Origin: a bacterium
GTDB lineage: Bacteria; Patescibacteriota; Minisyncoccia; Phycocordibacterales; UBA1006
Length of the DNA: 64,000 nucleotides
Assembly: GCA_030433255.1 (NCBI GenBank)
Contig: JAUIMI010000001.1
Location: 23,378 to 87,377 of the forward strand
Direction: 5' to 3'
Shown here piece by piece: positions 1-7,553 of this stretch (within the stretch, counting starts at the first letter, position 1; each line of letters starts with the position of its first letter). Made by a program: the position numbers and the translations under genes. The notes below the pieces were generated by a model. It saw nothing but the letters and a program-made list of their open reading frames with translations, had not been told where the DNA came from and did no database searches.

Positions 1-41
1 CTTGTTTGGGATTTTAGTAATTATCTCTATAATAGAATTAT

Positions 42-236
42 ATGAATACAGAACTAAAACGACCATCATGGGATGAATATTTTATTGAAATCATGTATAT
101 GGTTGGGAAACGTGGAACCTGCGATCGTGGTCAGGTTGGATCAGTTATCACCCGTGATAATCGTATATTGGCAACAGGGTATGCTGGAGCTCCATCAGGC
201 ATTGCACATTGTGATGATGTCGGGCATGAAATGCAT
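42..236 (+). pseudogene. dCMP deaminase (ComEB-like) 5' fragment, interrupted after ~64 codons; the ORF runs on to 335 through element-derived sequence
   Basis: N-terminal RPSWDEYF...GTCDRGQVGSVI..ILATGYAGAP.G.AHCDDVGHEM matches the dCMP/cytidine deaminase N-terminus. Similarity stops after HEM at ~233 and the zinc motifs HAE/PCxxC are missing from this ORF. Confidence 0.6.
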
Positions 237-303
237 ATGGTTACGCATGACGGTGGAAGTACATCCAAATCTTTGATGAAGTTCGACAATATTATATCAA
301 ATG

Positions 304-329
304 AAAACCCTTCAAAAGAAGGGTTTTTT
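304..329. terminator. Hairpin AAAACCC-n10-GGGTTTTTT, bidirectional terminator-like
   Basis: Perfect 7-bp GC-containing stem with flanking A/T runs at the end of the minus-strand lipoprotein gene. Confidence 0.45.
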
Positions 330-344
330 AATTAAAATTTTAGA

Positions 345-1469
345 CTACTTATACCAAGTATCAGTACCAGGAACTGAAATTGGCCATCCAGAACCAAATG
401 GTCGCACACTAGGAACTACATTATCAATATCTACCACTAACACTCCACTTACATAGAAATCATCATTAAAAACTGACCACGTGTTATACACATTTGCAGG
501 CCATCTTTGACCTCGTTGAAAAACTACCTGAGCATTATCTTGATCTGCATTACCTTCATCAGTAACAATATAATTTTTATACTGCTTGAATGATTTAATT
601 TCGGCAGCATCAGCACAGCCAATGGTAAAAGTTTTAATATGATTAGGGTCAGTATCCCTGGTATCTAAGTACGCTCTAGGTAAACTAGATGCAGCATAGT
701 GGACATTTGGGACTCCATTAATATATTCACTATCATCTAGATATGTTCCTGGACCAAGGCTAGAATTTGAAGAATTATTCAAATTAAAATCAGGTTCAAA
801 CGTTACATTATCAGACCACTCACCAAATGGATCATTTGTAATCCAAATCATAGCTGTTAGTAGGTAACGTTTGCCAGGATAAGAAGTAGACTCTTTAATA
901 CGATAACCATAAGCATCTGGAATCCATGAATCAGAAGATCCATTTCTTTGAGAAAAATTATTTGATTCTCTTCTTACATCTGGAATACTCTGTTTCTCTG
1001 AACGAATCACCTTGGATGATGAAAAAATCTCATTTACCTTGTTCTCATCAAGAGAAACATTTGTAATCATCATTTCCGATATATTATAAAGTTCTTGACT
1101 TCGAGAAACTGAACCGCTTGATTTTGATACATATTTTCCTATTTGTATCTCAGGCTCACTTTCTAAACCACTAATGCCCTTGTTAATTGTCTCATTAAAG
1201 GTAATTTGATTAGAATTTTCTGTTAACGGAACAAAGCCACGAAATGGTGTTCCTCCTAGTGAAAAATTATGTGTCACAACAATCGAGGATTTACTAATAC
1301 CCAATTGATTTATTTGTGACTCTAATTCCGAATAAGAAATAGGTTTTTCAAATAAAACTTGAAAATTAGATTCAGTATCAACTGCTGATTGCTCTTGCGA
1401 GAGGTCTTCATCTTTTGAACAAGAAGTTATCATTGCTGAAATTGCAATGATCATAAGAAATTTTTTCAT
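345..1469 (-). CDS. Hypothetical lipoprotein (signal peptide + lipobox ITSC)
   Basis: The N-terminus MKKFLMIIAISAMITSCSKDE is typical of a lipoprotein signal. No recognisable catalytic motif. Lies within the inserted element. Confidence 0.5.
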   Translation of the reverse strand: MKKFLMIIAISAMITSCSKDEDLSQEQSAVDTESNFQVLFEKPISYSELESQINQLGISKSSIVVTHNFSLGGTPFRGFVPLTENSNQITFNETINKGISGLESEPEIQIGKYVSKSSGSVSRSQELYNISEMMITNVSLDENKVNEIFSSSKVIRSEKQSIPDVRRESNNFSQRNGSSDSWIPDAYGYRIKESTSYPGKRYLLTAMIWITNDPFGEWSDNVTFEPDFNLNNSSNSSLGPGTYLDDSEYINGVPNVHYAASSLPRAYLDTRDTDPNHIKTFTIGCADAAEIKSFKQYKNYIVTDEGNADQDNAQVVFQRGQRWPANVYNTWSVFNDDFYVSGVLVVDIDNVVPSVRPFGSGWPISVPGTDTWYK

Positions 1470-1549
1470 AAAAAAGTATTTAATTGTTTATAGAACAAAA
1501 TTGTTCGAAGTAAGATTAACTTATTTCTTTAAAAATGTAAAATAATAAC

Positions 1550-2005
1550 ATGAAAATTTTACGAACTTATTTAAAGAAAATTATCATCTCTTTAATTGTA
1601 TATATAATACTAAGATATATTCTCCTTAATATAATAGGATATAGCCATCTTATTAACTCTGATTATCTAACACTTATATTAATTTTTATTAGTCCGCTTT
1701 TACATATATTTTCATATCTATTTCTTATAAAAAAGATATTCAAAAAAGACATATTATCTAATATAATTCTATATCTATTTAACAATAACATTTACTTCTT
1801 ATATTCATATCTTTCATATCATCTCATTTATGAGTCTTTTTACGTATATCAGCCATTTTTTACAGGCAACCCTCCTGAAGATTTTATACTAGTTGATGCT
1901 TTTAGTAGTGTTCATTTTATGAGTAAGATGAGTTTTATATTATTTATTACAAGTTTTTTTCTTCTTATATTATTTATTACTATAAGAAGAAAATATTTTA
2001 AATAG
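1550..2005 (+). CDS. Hypothetical small membrane protein (very hydrophobic, I/L/F/Y-rich)
   Basis: ORF in an extremely AT-rich stretch with several predicted TM helices. It could be spurious. Confidence 0.3.
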   Translation: MKILRTYLKKIIISLIVYIILRYILLNIIGYSHLINSDYLTLILIFISPLLHIFSYLFLIKKIFKKDILSNIILYLFNNNIYFLYSYLSYHLIYESFYVYQPFFTGNPPEDFILVDAFSSVHFMSKMSFILFITSFFLLILFITIRRKYFK

Positions 2006-2516
2006 CATTAATTGTATTCAAAATATCTTGGATCTTTTTTGAATACAACTCCCCAACCTTCACTCTATAAAACTTAATACCAACTGAATTCAAAATATCA
2101 TCCTTAATCTTGTCATACTTTCCTTGTTTTTCTGTATCATGTGATTTTCCGTCAAGCTCAATAACTGCAAGGATATTTCCATAATGATTATCTAAAATTA
2201 CAAAATCAAGATGTTTTGATTTAATATAATTTCTTTTAATACCTTTCTCTTTCCAATCAAGTGATTTCTTTGCACTAACGATATCTTCCAATCTTACTTT
2301 TGAAAGAATCGTATATTGATTATTATTTTGTTTCACTAATTCATTGAAAAAAGTTTTCTCTGATTGAGTAAAGAAATATTTTTTAAGGGTGAAATATGGA
2401 CCAATATTATCTATTGGTTTTTTATCTATTTCAGAGTTATTTTCTGAAGATTTTAATTTCTGAATAACGATGTATGCAATGAATACAAGAGCAACAAGAA
2501 TAAATAGTGATTTCAT
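1998..2516 (-). CDS. DUF2726-like (restriction-endonuclease-fold/NERD-like) domain protein with N-terminal TM helix
   Basis: Pattern HLDFVILD...ILAVIELDGKSH...KDDILNSVGIKFYRV resembles the DUF2726 signature (DFVI.D..xxAIELDxxxH...D..L...GI...R). Confidence 0.4.
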   Translation of the reverse strand: MKSLFILVALVFIAYIVIQKLKSSENNSEIDKKPIDNIGPYFTLKKYFFTQSEKTFFNELVKQNNNQYTILSKVRLEDIVSAKKSLDWKEKGIKRNYIKSKHLDFVILDNHYGNILAVIELDGKSHDTEKQGKYDKIKDDILNSVGIKFYRVKVGELYSKKIQDILNTINAI

Positions 2517-2744
2517 AATATAACTGGATTATTTGATAAATGAACCCAGCACAAAACTCCCCACAGAGAGTTCTGAGCAAAGCTCACATATCCGTTTCCA
2601 GATACGACCAGACGAAAGCGAAAAGTGAACCCCTATGAGGAGTTTTCTACTTTCGTCTGGAATTTTTACACCATACCTCTTTCAAGGGTTAGGTTTATCA
2701 ATTTCGTATTTAATTACCTATATTTTAATATATAATTTTTATAT

Positions 2745-3584
2745 ATGGAAATAACTCCTGAAAATAAACAAATACTTAAAGTCATTAATGCACTTATTGA
2801 AAAACGACATAACTCTAAATACATCAATGAATGCCCATTTTCTGTTGTAACTCTTAAGCACCTAGAATTAATAGATCTTGATTGTTTTGAAGCATCACGA
2901 CTTTTTAATGATTTAAAAAATTACGAAGCTATTGAATTAACCAATGAAGAAGAATTTAAGAAAGTGGTCGAAATGATCGGTGAAGAAATAATGATAAAAG
3001 TTGATGAGAAGATTAAAAAAGGAAAAAGCTCATATAAACAAGTACAAAAGAATCTTGAAAATATGATGAAATATGTAGGAATTGAACCTACTAAAGAAGA
3101 ACTTAAAAAAGATATCACCCTAAAGGAATTAGAATCTTTTAAAAAACGAGTAACAAATACCATTGATGAGGAACTTCTGAAATCAAAAGAAATTGGTATT
3201 TATAAGATCAAGAAAGATCTCCATAAGATGCGAAGATATATCTTAGGTGGGCGTGATTTCTATAATATGGATAAAGAGTTTTTAAGTTTAGATGTAGAAA
3301 CTCAAATTATTGATTTAAACGGTAGACTTATTTCAATTAAACAAAATCCTCCCCTGAAAGGACAATATCTCCTTGAATACATTTTAAAAAATGATGCAAA
3401 GAAAAAATATCCTCTTGATGAACTTGTAGAAGATAATGTTATTCCAGACGGAAACAAAAGGACATATATTGATGCTGTGATCAATTTAAATAAACGAGTT
3501 AAAAAAGAAACTCACGGAGACATCAATGACTTACTTAAAAAATCAGGAGATTATTATTTCATCAAAGATCAATATACTATGTAG
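2745..3584 (+). CDS. Hypothetical protein (element cargo)
   Basis: Clean 279-aa ORF, K/E-rich, no recognised motif. Followed by hairpin AACTCGCAG-n15-CTGCGAGTT at ~3637-3670. Confidence 0.45.
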   Translation: MEITPENKQILKVINALIEKRHNSKYINECPFSVVTLKHLELIDLDCFEASRLFNDLKNYEAIELTNEEEFKKVVEMIGEEIMIKVDEKIKKGKSSYKQVQKNLENMMKYVGIEPTKEELKKDITLKELESFKKRVTNTIDEELLKSKEIGIYKIKKDLHKMRRYILGGRDFYNMDKEFLSLDVETQIIDLNGRLISIKQNPPLKGQYLLEYILKNDAKKKYPLDELVEDNVIPDGNKRTYIDAVINLNKRVKKETHGDINDLLKKSGDYYFIKDQYTM

Positions 3585-3964
3585 TTGAGTAAAATACTCA
3601 ACTAAGCTCAACAAGTGAAATGAAAAAATAAAACTCGCAGGGACGCCTCTGGCTGCTGCGAGTTTTATCATGCACAATTACTCACAACAACTCATGAAAA
3701 AATATCAAGACTACATGAAAACAACTCATGGGATTTTTGTTGATGATGATACGGCTCAAATATACCTCGAAAGTTTCGCCACCGTCTTCCTTGCATTACG
3801 AAAACTAATCACAGACGAATAGACTTTTCTTTCGTGGTACTTGTAAATCAAAACTATGAATATCGTCAATGAGCGAAGCGAAATTGATGATGTGAATAGT
3901 TTTGATACAAGTACATGCACAGAAGAAAGTCTATGTGATTACTTTTATTAATCTAATATTATTT

Positions 3965-3995
3965 GTTGCCGTAGTATAGTATTACCTACGGCAAC
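3965..3995 (+). other. Putative rolling-circle origin stem-loop: GTTGCCGTAG-[TATAGTATTAC]-CTACGGCAAC, loop containing nonanucleotide TAGTATTAC
   Basis: Perfect 10-bp inverted repeat with an 11-nt loop. The loop contains the exact circovirus/nanovirus nonanucleotide (nick site), 21 bp upstream of the rep start codon. Confidence 0.7.
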
Positions 3996-4016
3996 TTCTG
4001 GTAACACAAAAACTAT

Positions 4017-4940
4017 ATGACCAATAAAACATCACGAAATTACATATTTACCGTGAACAATTATACGCACAGAATGTTGAAAAAATTTAAACAAATAGCC
4101 AAGTCTTTAGACAAGCATAAATATATTTGCTTTGGACTTGAAGTAGCCCCTGAAACTGGAAACAAACATATTCAGGGATACATTCAATTAAAAGATAGGA
4201 AGAAATTTACCTTCCTTCATGATTATTTTGATCTCCACAAAAAAGGAAAGCAGGATAAATTCCATATTGAATATGCCAATGGCAGTGTTAAGCAAAATCA
4301 ACAATACACCTCTAAAACAAGAGATGAGGACGAAGTACCTAATAAGGTATGGCTTGAATACGGAACACCTACAAAACAAGGTAAACGAACAGATCTTACA
4401 GACCTGAAAGAAAAATTACGAAAAGATCCAAAATCTTTGAGAGAACTTATGAAAGAAGATGTAGTAAGTACACAACAAATGAGATTTGTTGAGGGAATGC
4501 AAAAATATATGTTCTCACACAGAGACCCTAAAAAACCACCAAAGGTGTTTTGGATTTATGGATCAACAGGAAAAGGAAAAACAAAATTAATTTACGACTC
4601 ATTTGAAAGTGTTTGTCCGGTATCAGATTTTAAATGGCCTGGAAATTTCTACTTTCAAGAAGAGTGCCTGTTATTTGATGACTTTCGAGCAGGAGATATT
4701 CCATTCCATACCCTACTTAAGATAGTTGATAGGTATCCTTATACCTTAGCTGTAAAAGGAAGTTTTGTACCACTTAATTCTCCATTCATTGTTATTACTA
4801 GTCCGAAATCAATCAGAAAAACTTTTAACGAATTTCATGAAGACTTAAAACAACTTGAACGAAGAATTAAGGCTGAGATTAATATTGATGCTGAAGAAAT
4901 TGAAAACCTTAAAGAATACATAGGACTAGAAGATTTCTAG
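4017..4940 (+). CDS. rep: Rolling-circle replication initiator Rep, CRESS-DNA/circovirus-like (HUH endonuclease + SF3 helicase)
   Basis: Motif I FTVNNY, motif II KHIQGY (HxQ), motif III YTSK, GTPTKQGKRTDLTDL (cf. circoviral G.P..QGKRSDL), Walker A GSTGKGKT, Walker B LLFDDF, motif C ITSP. Confidence 0.85.
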   Translation: MTNKTSRNYIFTVNNYTHRMLKKFKQIAKSLDKHKYICFGLEVAPETGNKHIQGYIQLKDRKKFTFLHDYFDLHKKGKQDKFHIEYANGSVKQNQQYTSKTRDEDEVPNKVWLEYGTPTKQGKRTDLTDLKEKLRKDPKSLRELMKEDVVSTQQMRFVEGMQKYMFSHRDPKKPPKVFWIYGSTGKGKTKLIYDSFESVCPVSDFKWPGNFYFQEECLLFDDFRAGDIPFHTLLKIVDRYPYTLAVKGSFVPLNSPFIVITSPKSIRKTFNEFHEDLKQLERRIKAEINIDAEEIENLKEYIGLEDF

Positions 4941-4966
4941 TTTTTTATTCACTATTATTAATTTTA

Positions 4967-6574
4967 TTGTATAGTCAAAATATGAAGTATATAATCTACG
5001 CACGTAAATCAACCGATGACTCAGGGAAACAACAATTATCTCTTGAATCTCAAATTACTGAAATGCGTGGACTCGCAAAAATGAATCATCTTGAAATAGT
5101 AAAAGAATTTCAAGAATCACAATCAGCAAAAACTGCAGGACGACCAATCTTTGCAGAAATGTTGCAATACATTCAGGATGGACATGCTGATGCTATTTTA
5201 TGTTGGAAATTAGATAGATTATCACGTAACCCTATTGATACCGGAACTATAACCAGTTTGTTACAAAATAACATCATCAAAGAAATCAAAACCTACCAAA
5301 AGACTTACTACCCTGGTGATAATGCTATTGTAATGGCAGTTGAGCTTGCTATGGCTAATCAATACTCACGTGATCTTTCTACAAATGTAAAACGTGGACT
5401 ACGTACGAAACTCAAAAATGGAGATTGGCCATGGGTTGCACCAATTGGGTACTTAAATGACACAATTAACAAAAGTATTGTGATTGATCCAAAATCATCA
5501 AAATATATCAAGAAGGCTTTTGAGATGTATGCAACTGGGAACTATTCGTATAAAGATATTGAAAAGATTCTCTATGAAAAAGGATTCCGAAGTAAATCAG
5601 GTAAAAAAGTAAGCCATGCCCTTCTCCATCATTCACTAACTAATACTTTCTATTATGGAATTATGGAGCGCCAAGGAGAATATTTTAAAGGAAAGCATAA
5701 ACCAATCATTTCAAAGAAATTATTTGATGAATGTGAAAAGATCCGACTAGGTCATAACAAACCACGACGCAAGAAGCATGTATTCCCCCTGCGAGGTCTT
5801 TTAACTTGTGAGGTATGTGGTTGCCTCATTACTGCTGAGAAACAACGAGGAATTGATTACTATCACTGTACCAATGGAAAAGGTATTTGTGACCAAAAGA
5901 AAAAATTTGTTAGAGGAGAAGAATTAGAAAAACAAATCTTCAATGCCGTGGAAGATGTATGTTTCGATGAAGATATGATTGAAATTATCCATGAAGCAGC
6001 CTTAGAAAAATTCTACTCAGAAAATAAGAATAGAAATGATCATAAGGAAGAGTTAGAGCAGGAGTTACATTTACTTAAATTAAAAGAAGACAAATTATTA
6101 GATTCTATGTTAGATGGAAAAGTTGATAATGATATCTATGAAAAGAAATCAAAATCACTGAAACTAGAACGTCTTGATTTAGAACAAAGAATCGCTCGAA
6201 ATAGTGTAAATATTAAAAAAGAGCTATCTACTTTCGAACAAGCTAAAAATGCTCTAAAAACCTTATATACCTTCAAGATAGCCTATTCTGATGCTGAACC
6301 CATCAAAAAACGTGAGATTTCTTTTGAGTTACTTTCGAATATGACTCTAAAAGACCGAAAAGTCCTTACTGTACAACACAAAAGCCCCTATTCACTACTC
6401 GTAAATAAGGGTAAAAACGTTAGTTTTTCTGAAATGCTCACAACACTGTATTCGAACAACACATGCAGAACAAAATGCTATTGTTTCTGCAGCACGACAT
6501 GGCGTAGCTGTCGAAGGTGGAACATTGTATTGCAAAATGACACCATGTTATACCTGCGCAAAACTTATTATTAA
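4967..6574 (+). CDS. Large serine recombinase (resolvase/invertase catalytic domain + recombinase domain + zinc ribbon); the last ~45 codons are read from host DNA across the right junction
   Basis: Catalytic Ser motif IYARKSTDDSGKQQLSLESQ; Zn ribbon CEVCGC...YYHCTNGKGIC; C-terminal coiled-coil region. The ORF tail overlaps the dCMP deaminase 3' fragment in another frame. Confidence 0.85.
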   Translation: MYSQNMKYIIYARKSTDDSGKQQLSLESQITEMRGLAKMNHLEIVKEFQESQSAKTAGRPIFAEMLQYIQDGHADAILCWKLDRLSRNPIDTGTITSLLQNNIIKEIKTYQKTYYPGDNAIVMAVELAMANQYSRDLSTNVKRGLRTKLKNGDWPWVAPIGYLNDTINKSIVIDPKSSKYIKKAFEMYATGNYSYKDIEKILYEKGFRSKSGKKVSHALLHHSLTNTFYYGIMERQGEYFKGKHKPIISKKLFDECEKIRLGHNKPRRKKHVFPLRGLLTCEVCGCLITAEKQRGIDYYHCTNGKGICDQKKKFVRGEELEKQIFNAVEDVCFDEDMIEIIHEAALEKFYSENKNRNDHKEELEQELHLLKLKEDKLLDSMLDGKVDNDIYEKKSKSLKLERLDLEQRIARNSVNIKKELSTFEQAKNALKTLYTFKIAYSDAEPIKKREISFELLSNMTLKDRKVLTVQHKSPYSLLVNKGKNVSFSEMLTTLYSNNTCRTKCYCFCSTTWRSCRRWNIVLQNDTMLYLRKTYY

Positions 6575-6704
6575 CGCAGGGATAAGGCGAGTGGTAGCAG
6601 CAAAAGATTATCATGCCGGGGCACGTAGTAAAGAAATTTTTACCGAAGCAGGTATCGCATACGAATTACTTGATTCAAATATTGAATCATATGATAACCA
6701 ATAA
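6423..6704 (+). pseudogene. dCMP deaminase 3' fragment (zinc-binding HAEQNAI and PCYTCAKLIINAGIRRV motifs); no start codon of its own
   Basis: Translating codon phase 0 from 6423 gives VFLKCSQHCIRTTHAEQNAIVSAARHGVAVEGGTLYCKMTPCYTCAKLIINAGIRRVVAAKDYH...*. Together with 42..233 this makes a full-length (~150 aa) ComEB-like deaminase. Confidence 0.65.
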
Positions 6705-6709
6705 TATTT

Positions 6710-7039
6710 ATGATTGATTTACAACAATTACAAAAAGAAACCTATCAAAATAAATTAGACAAAGGTTTCAATACAACTGATATTGCTTTGGAGTTTTGTC
6801 GTGCCCACGAAGAATTATCAGAAGCATTTAAAAAATACAACCAAGATGAAGACGGAGTAGGTGAAGAGTTGGCTGATGTAGCTATTTTTCTATTAGGTAT
6901 TTCTGAAATTATGGGGTTTGATTTAGAAACAGAATTAGTAAATAAAATGGAAAAAAACAAAAAACGAAAATACACCACACACATCAATAAAGATGGAAAA
7001 AAAGTATTCATGCGCGTAGCAACAGAAGAAGATAAATAA
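6710..7039 (+). CDS. MazG-like nucleoside triphosphate pyrophosphohydrolase (small all-alpha NTP-PPase)
   Basis: EExxE...EELADVAIFLL metal-binding motif arrangement of MazG/HisE-type NTP-PPases. Confidence 0.6.
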   Translation: MIDLQQLQKETYQNKLDKGFNTTDIALEFCRAHEELSEAFKKYNQDEDGVGEELADVAIFLLGISEIMGFDLETELVNKMEKNKKRKYTTHINKDGKKVFMRVATEEDK

Positions 7040-7064
7040 AAAACCAGCAATTACTGGTTTTTTA
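7039..7064 (+). terminator. Rho-independent terminator AAAACCAG-caatta-CTGGTTTTTT
   Basis: Stem plus T-run immediately after the stop. Confidence 0.6.
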
Positions 7065-7117
7065 TTTTATTTATGATTAAATTAATAAAAAGAAGTTTAA
7101 TTAAAAAAGAATAAAAT

Positions 7118-7453
7118 ATGCCGTTTATTAGAATTATTTCTCAAGATAAATTATCTGATCTAAATAGAAAATTATCTATTAAAAAATTAATAAAAAGAAT
7201 AAAATACTATACTTCACAGGAATTAAAGGTAAATACTTTTTCTGTTGAAGTTACTGAAGCTGGTTTATATGACGAACTCGCAAGTGAGATTGAAATTCGA
7301 ATCACAGCAGATCAAAATCCTATAAGAAATCCTCGAGTGGATATGTATGCTTCAAATATTGAAAAAGATTTAAGTTCTCATACTGAGTATAGAACTAAAT
7401 GTAGAGTTTTTCTTTTTTTAGAAAGAATTGGTTTTGATCAAGAGAAAGGGTAA
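7118..7453 (+). CDS. Hypothetical small protein
   Basis: 111-aa ORF followed by a strong terminator. No recognised motif (begins MPF..., a tautomerase-like start is speculation). Confidence 0.35.
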   Translation: MPFIRIISQDKLSDLNRKLSIKKLIKRIKYYTSQELKVNTFSVEVTEAGLYDELASEIEIRITADQNPIRNPRVDMYASNIEKDLSSHTEYRTKCRVFLFLERIGFDQEKG

Positions 7454-7458
7454 TTATA

Positions 7459-7494
7459 AGAGCCAATTTTGCAAAACAAAATTGGCTCTTTTTA
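7459..7494 (+). terminator. Rho-independent terminator AAGAGCCAATTTTG-caaaac-AAAATTGGCTCTTTTT
   Basis: Perfect 14-bp inverted repeat followed by a T-run. Confidence 0.65.
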
Positions 7495-7553
7495 AATCTC
7501 AAAAAATAAATTTAACAAGTCTTTTTGTCGTTATGATTTGGTATACTAAAAAC

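Larger units (their letters stand above)
234..6432. mobile_element. Integrated ~6.2 kb element inside a dCMP deaminase gene (CRESS-like Rep + nonanucleotide origin + large serine recombinase); boundaries approximate
   Basis: The host gene is split into two fragments in different frames flanking this block. The recombinase sits at the right end. The Rep and origin stem-loop lie inside. Confidence 0.6.

Noticed and set aside
1550-2005. ORF 1550..2005 as a confident gene
   Set aside because: Extreme AT-richness gives long open frames by chance, and composition is low-complexity. Kept only as a low-confidence membrane protein.
2520-3964. tRNA or tmRNA genes in the GC-richer intergenic stretches (also 23345..23533, 53510..53850, 60503..60667)
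   Set aside because: No T-loop (GTTCRANYC)/D-loop arrangement or cloverleaf-compatible pairing found by eye. Needs tRNAscan/Infernal to be definitive.
234-6432. Calling the element a complete CRESS virus/prophage
   Set aside because: No ORF with a recognisable capsid (jelly-roll or arginine-rich N-terminus) and 6.2 kb is large for CRESS viruses. An integrative Rep plasmid-like element is equally compatible, so it is reported as CRESS-like element only.
228-6437. Shared 7-mer GAAATGC at both junctions (228-234 and 6431-6437) as the recombination core
   Set aside because: Joining the deaminase halves through this 7-mer shifts the downstream frame by +1 and loses the HAE/PCxxC motifs. A TG-dinucleotide crossover (232-233 / 6430-6431) restores the frame instead, so the 7-mer match is probably partly coincidental.
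7428-7553. Upstream ORF starts (glyA at 7428, M15 peptidase at 8638, pepF at 15648, argS at 18253, rpsL at 50008, adk at 51297)
   Set aside because: The extensions run through terminator hairpins or overlap the preceding gene, and their N-terminal residues are not homologous to the family. Internal Met starts matching family N-termini were chosen.
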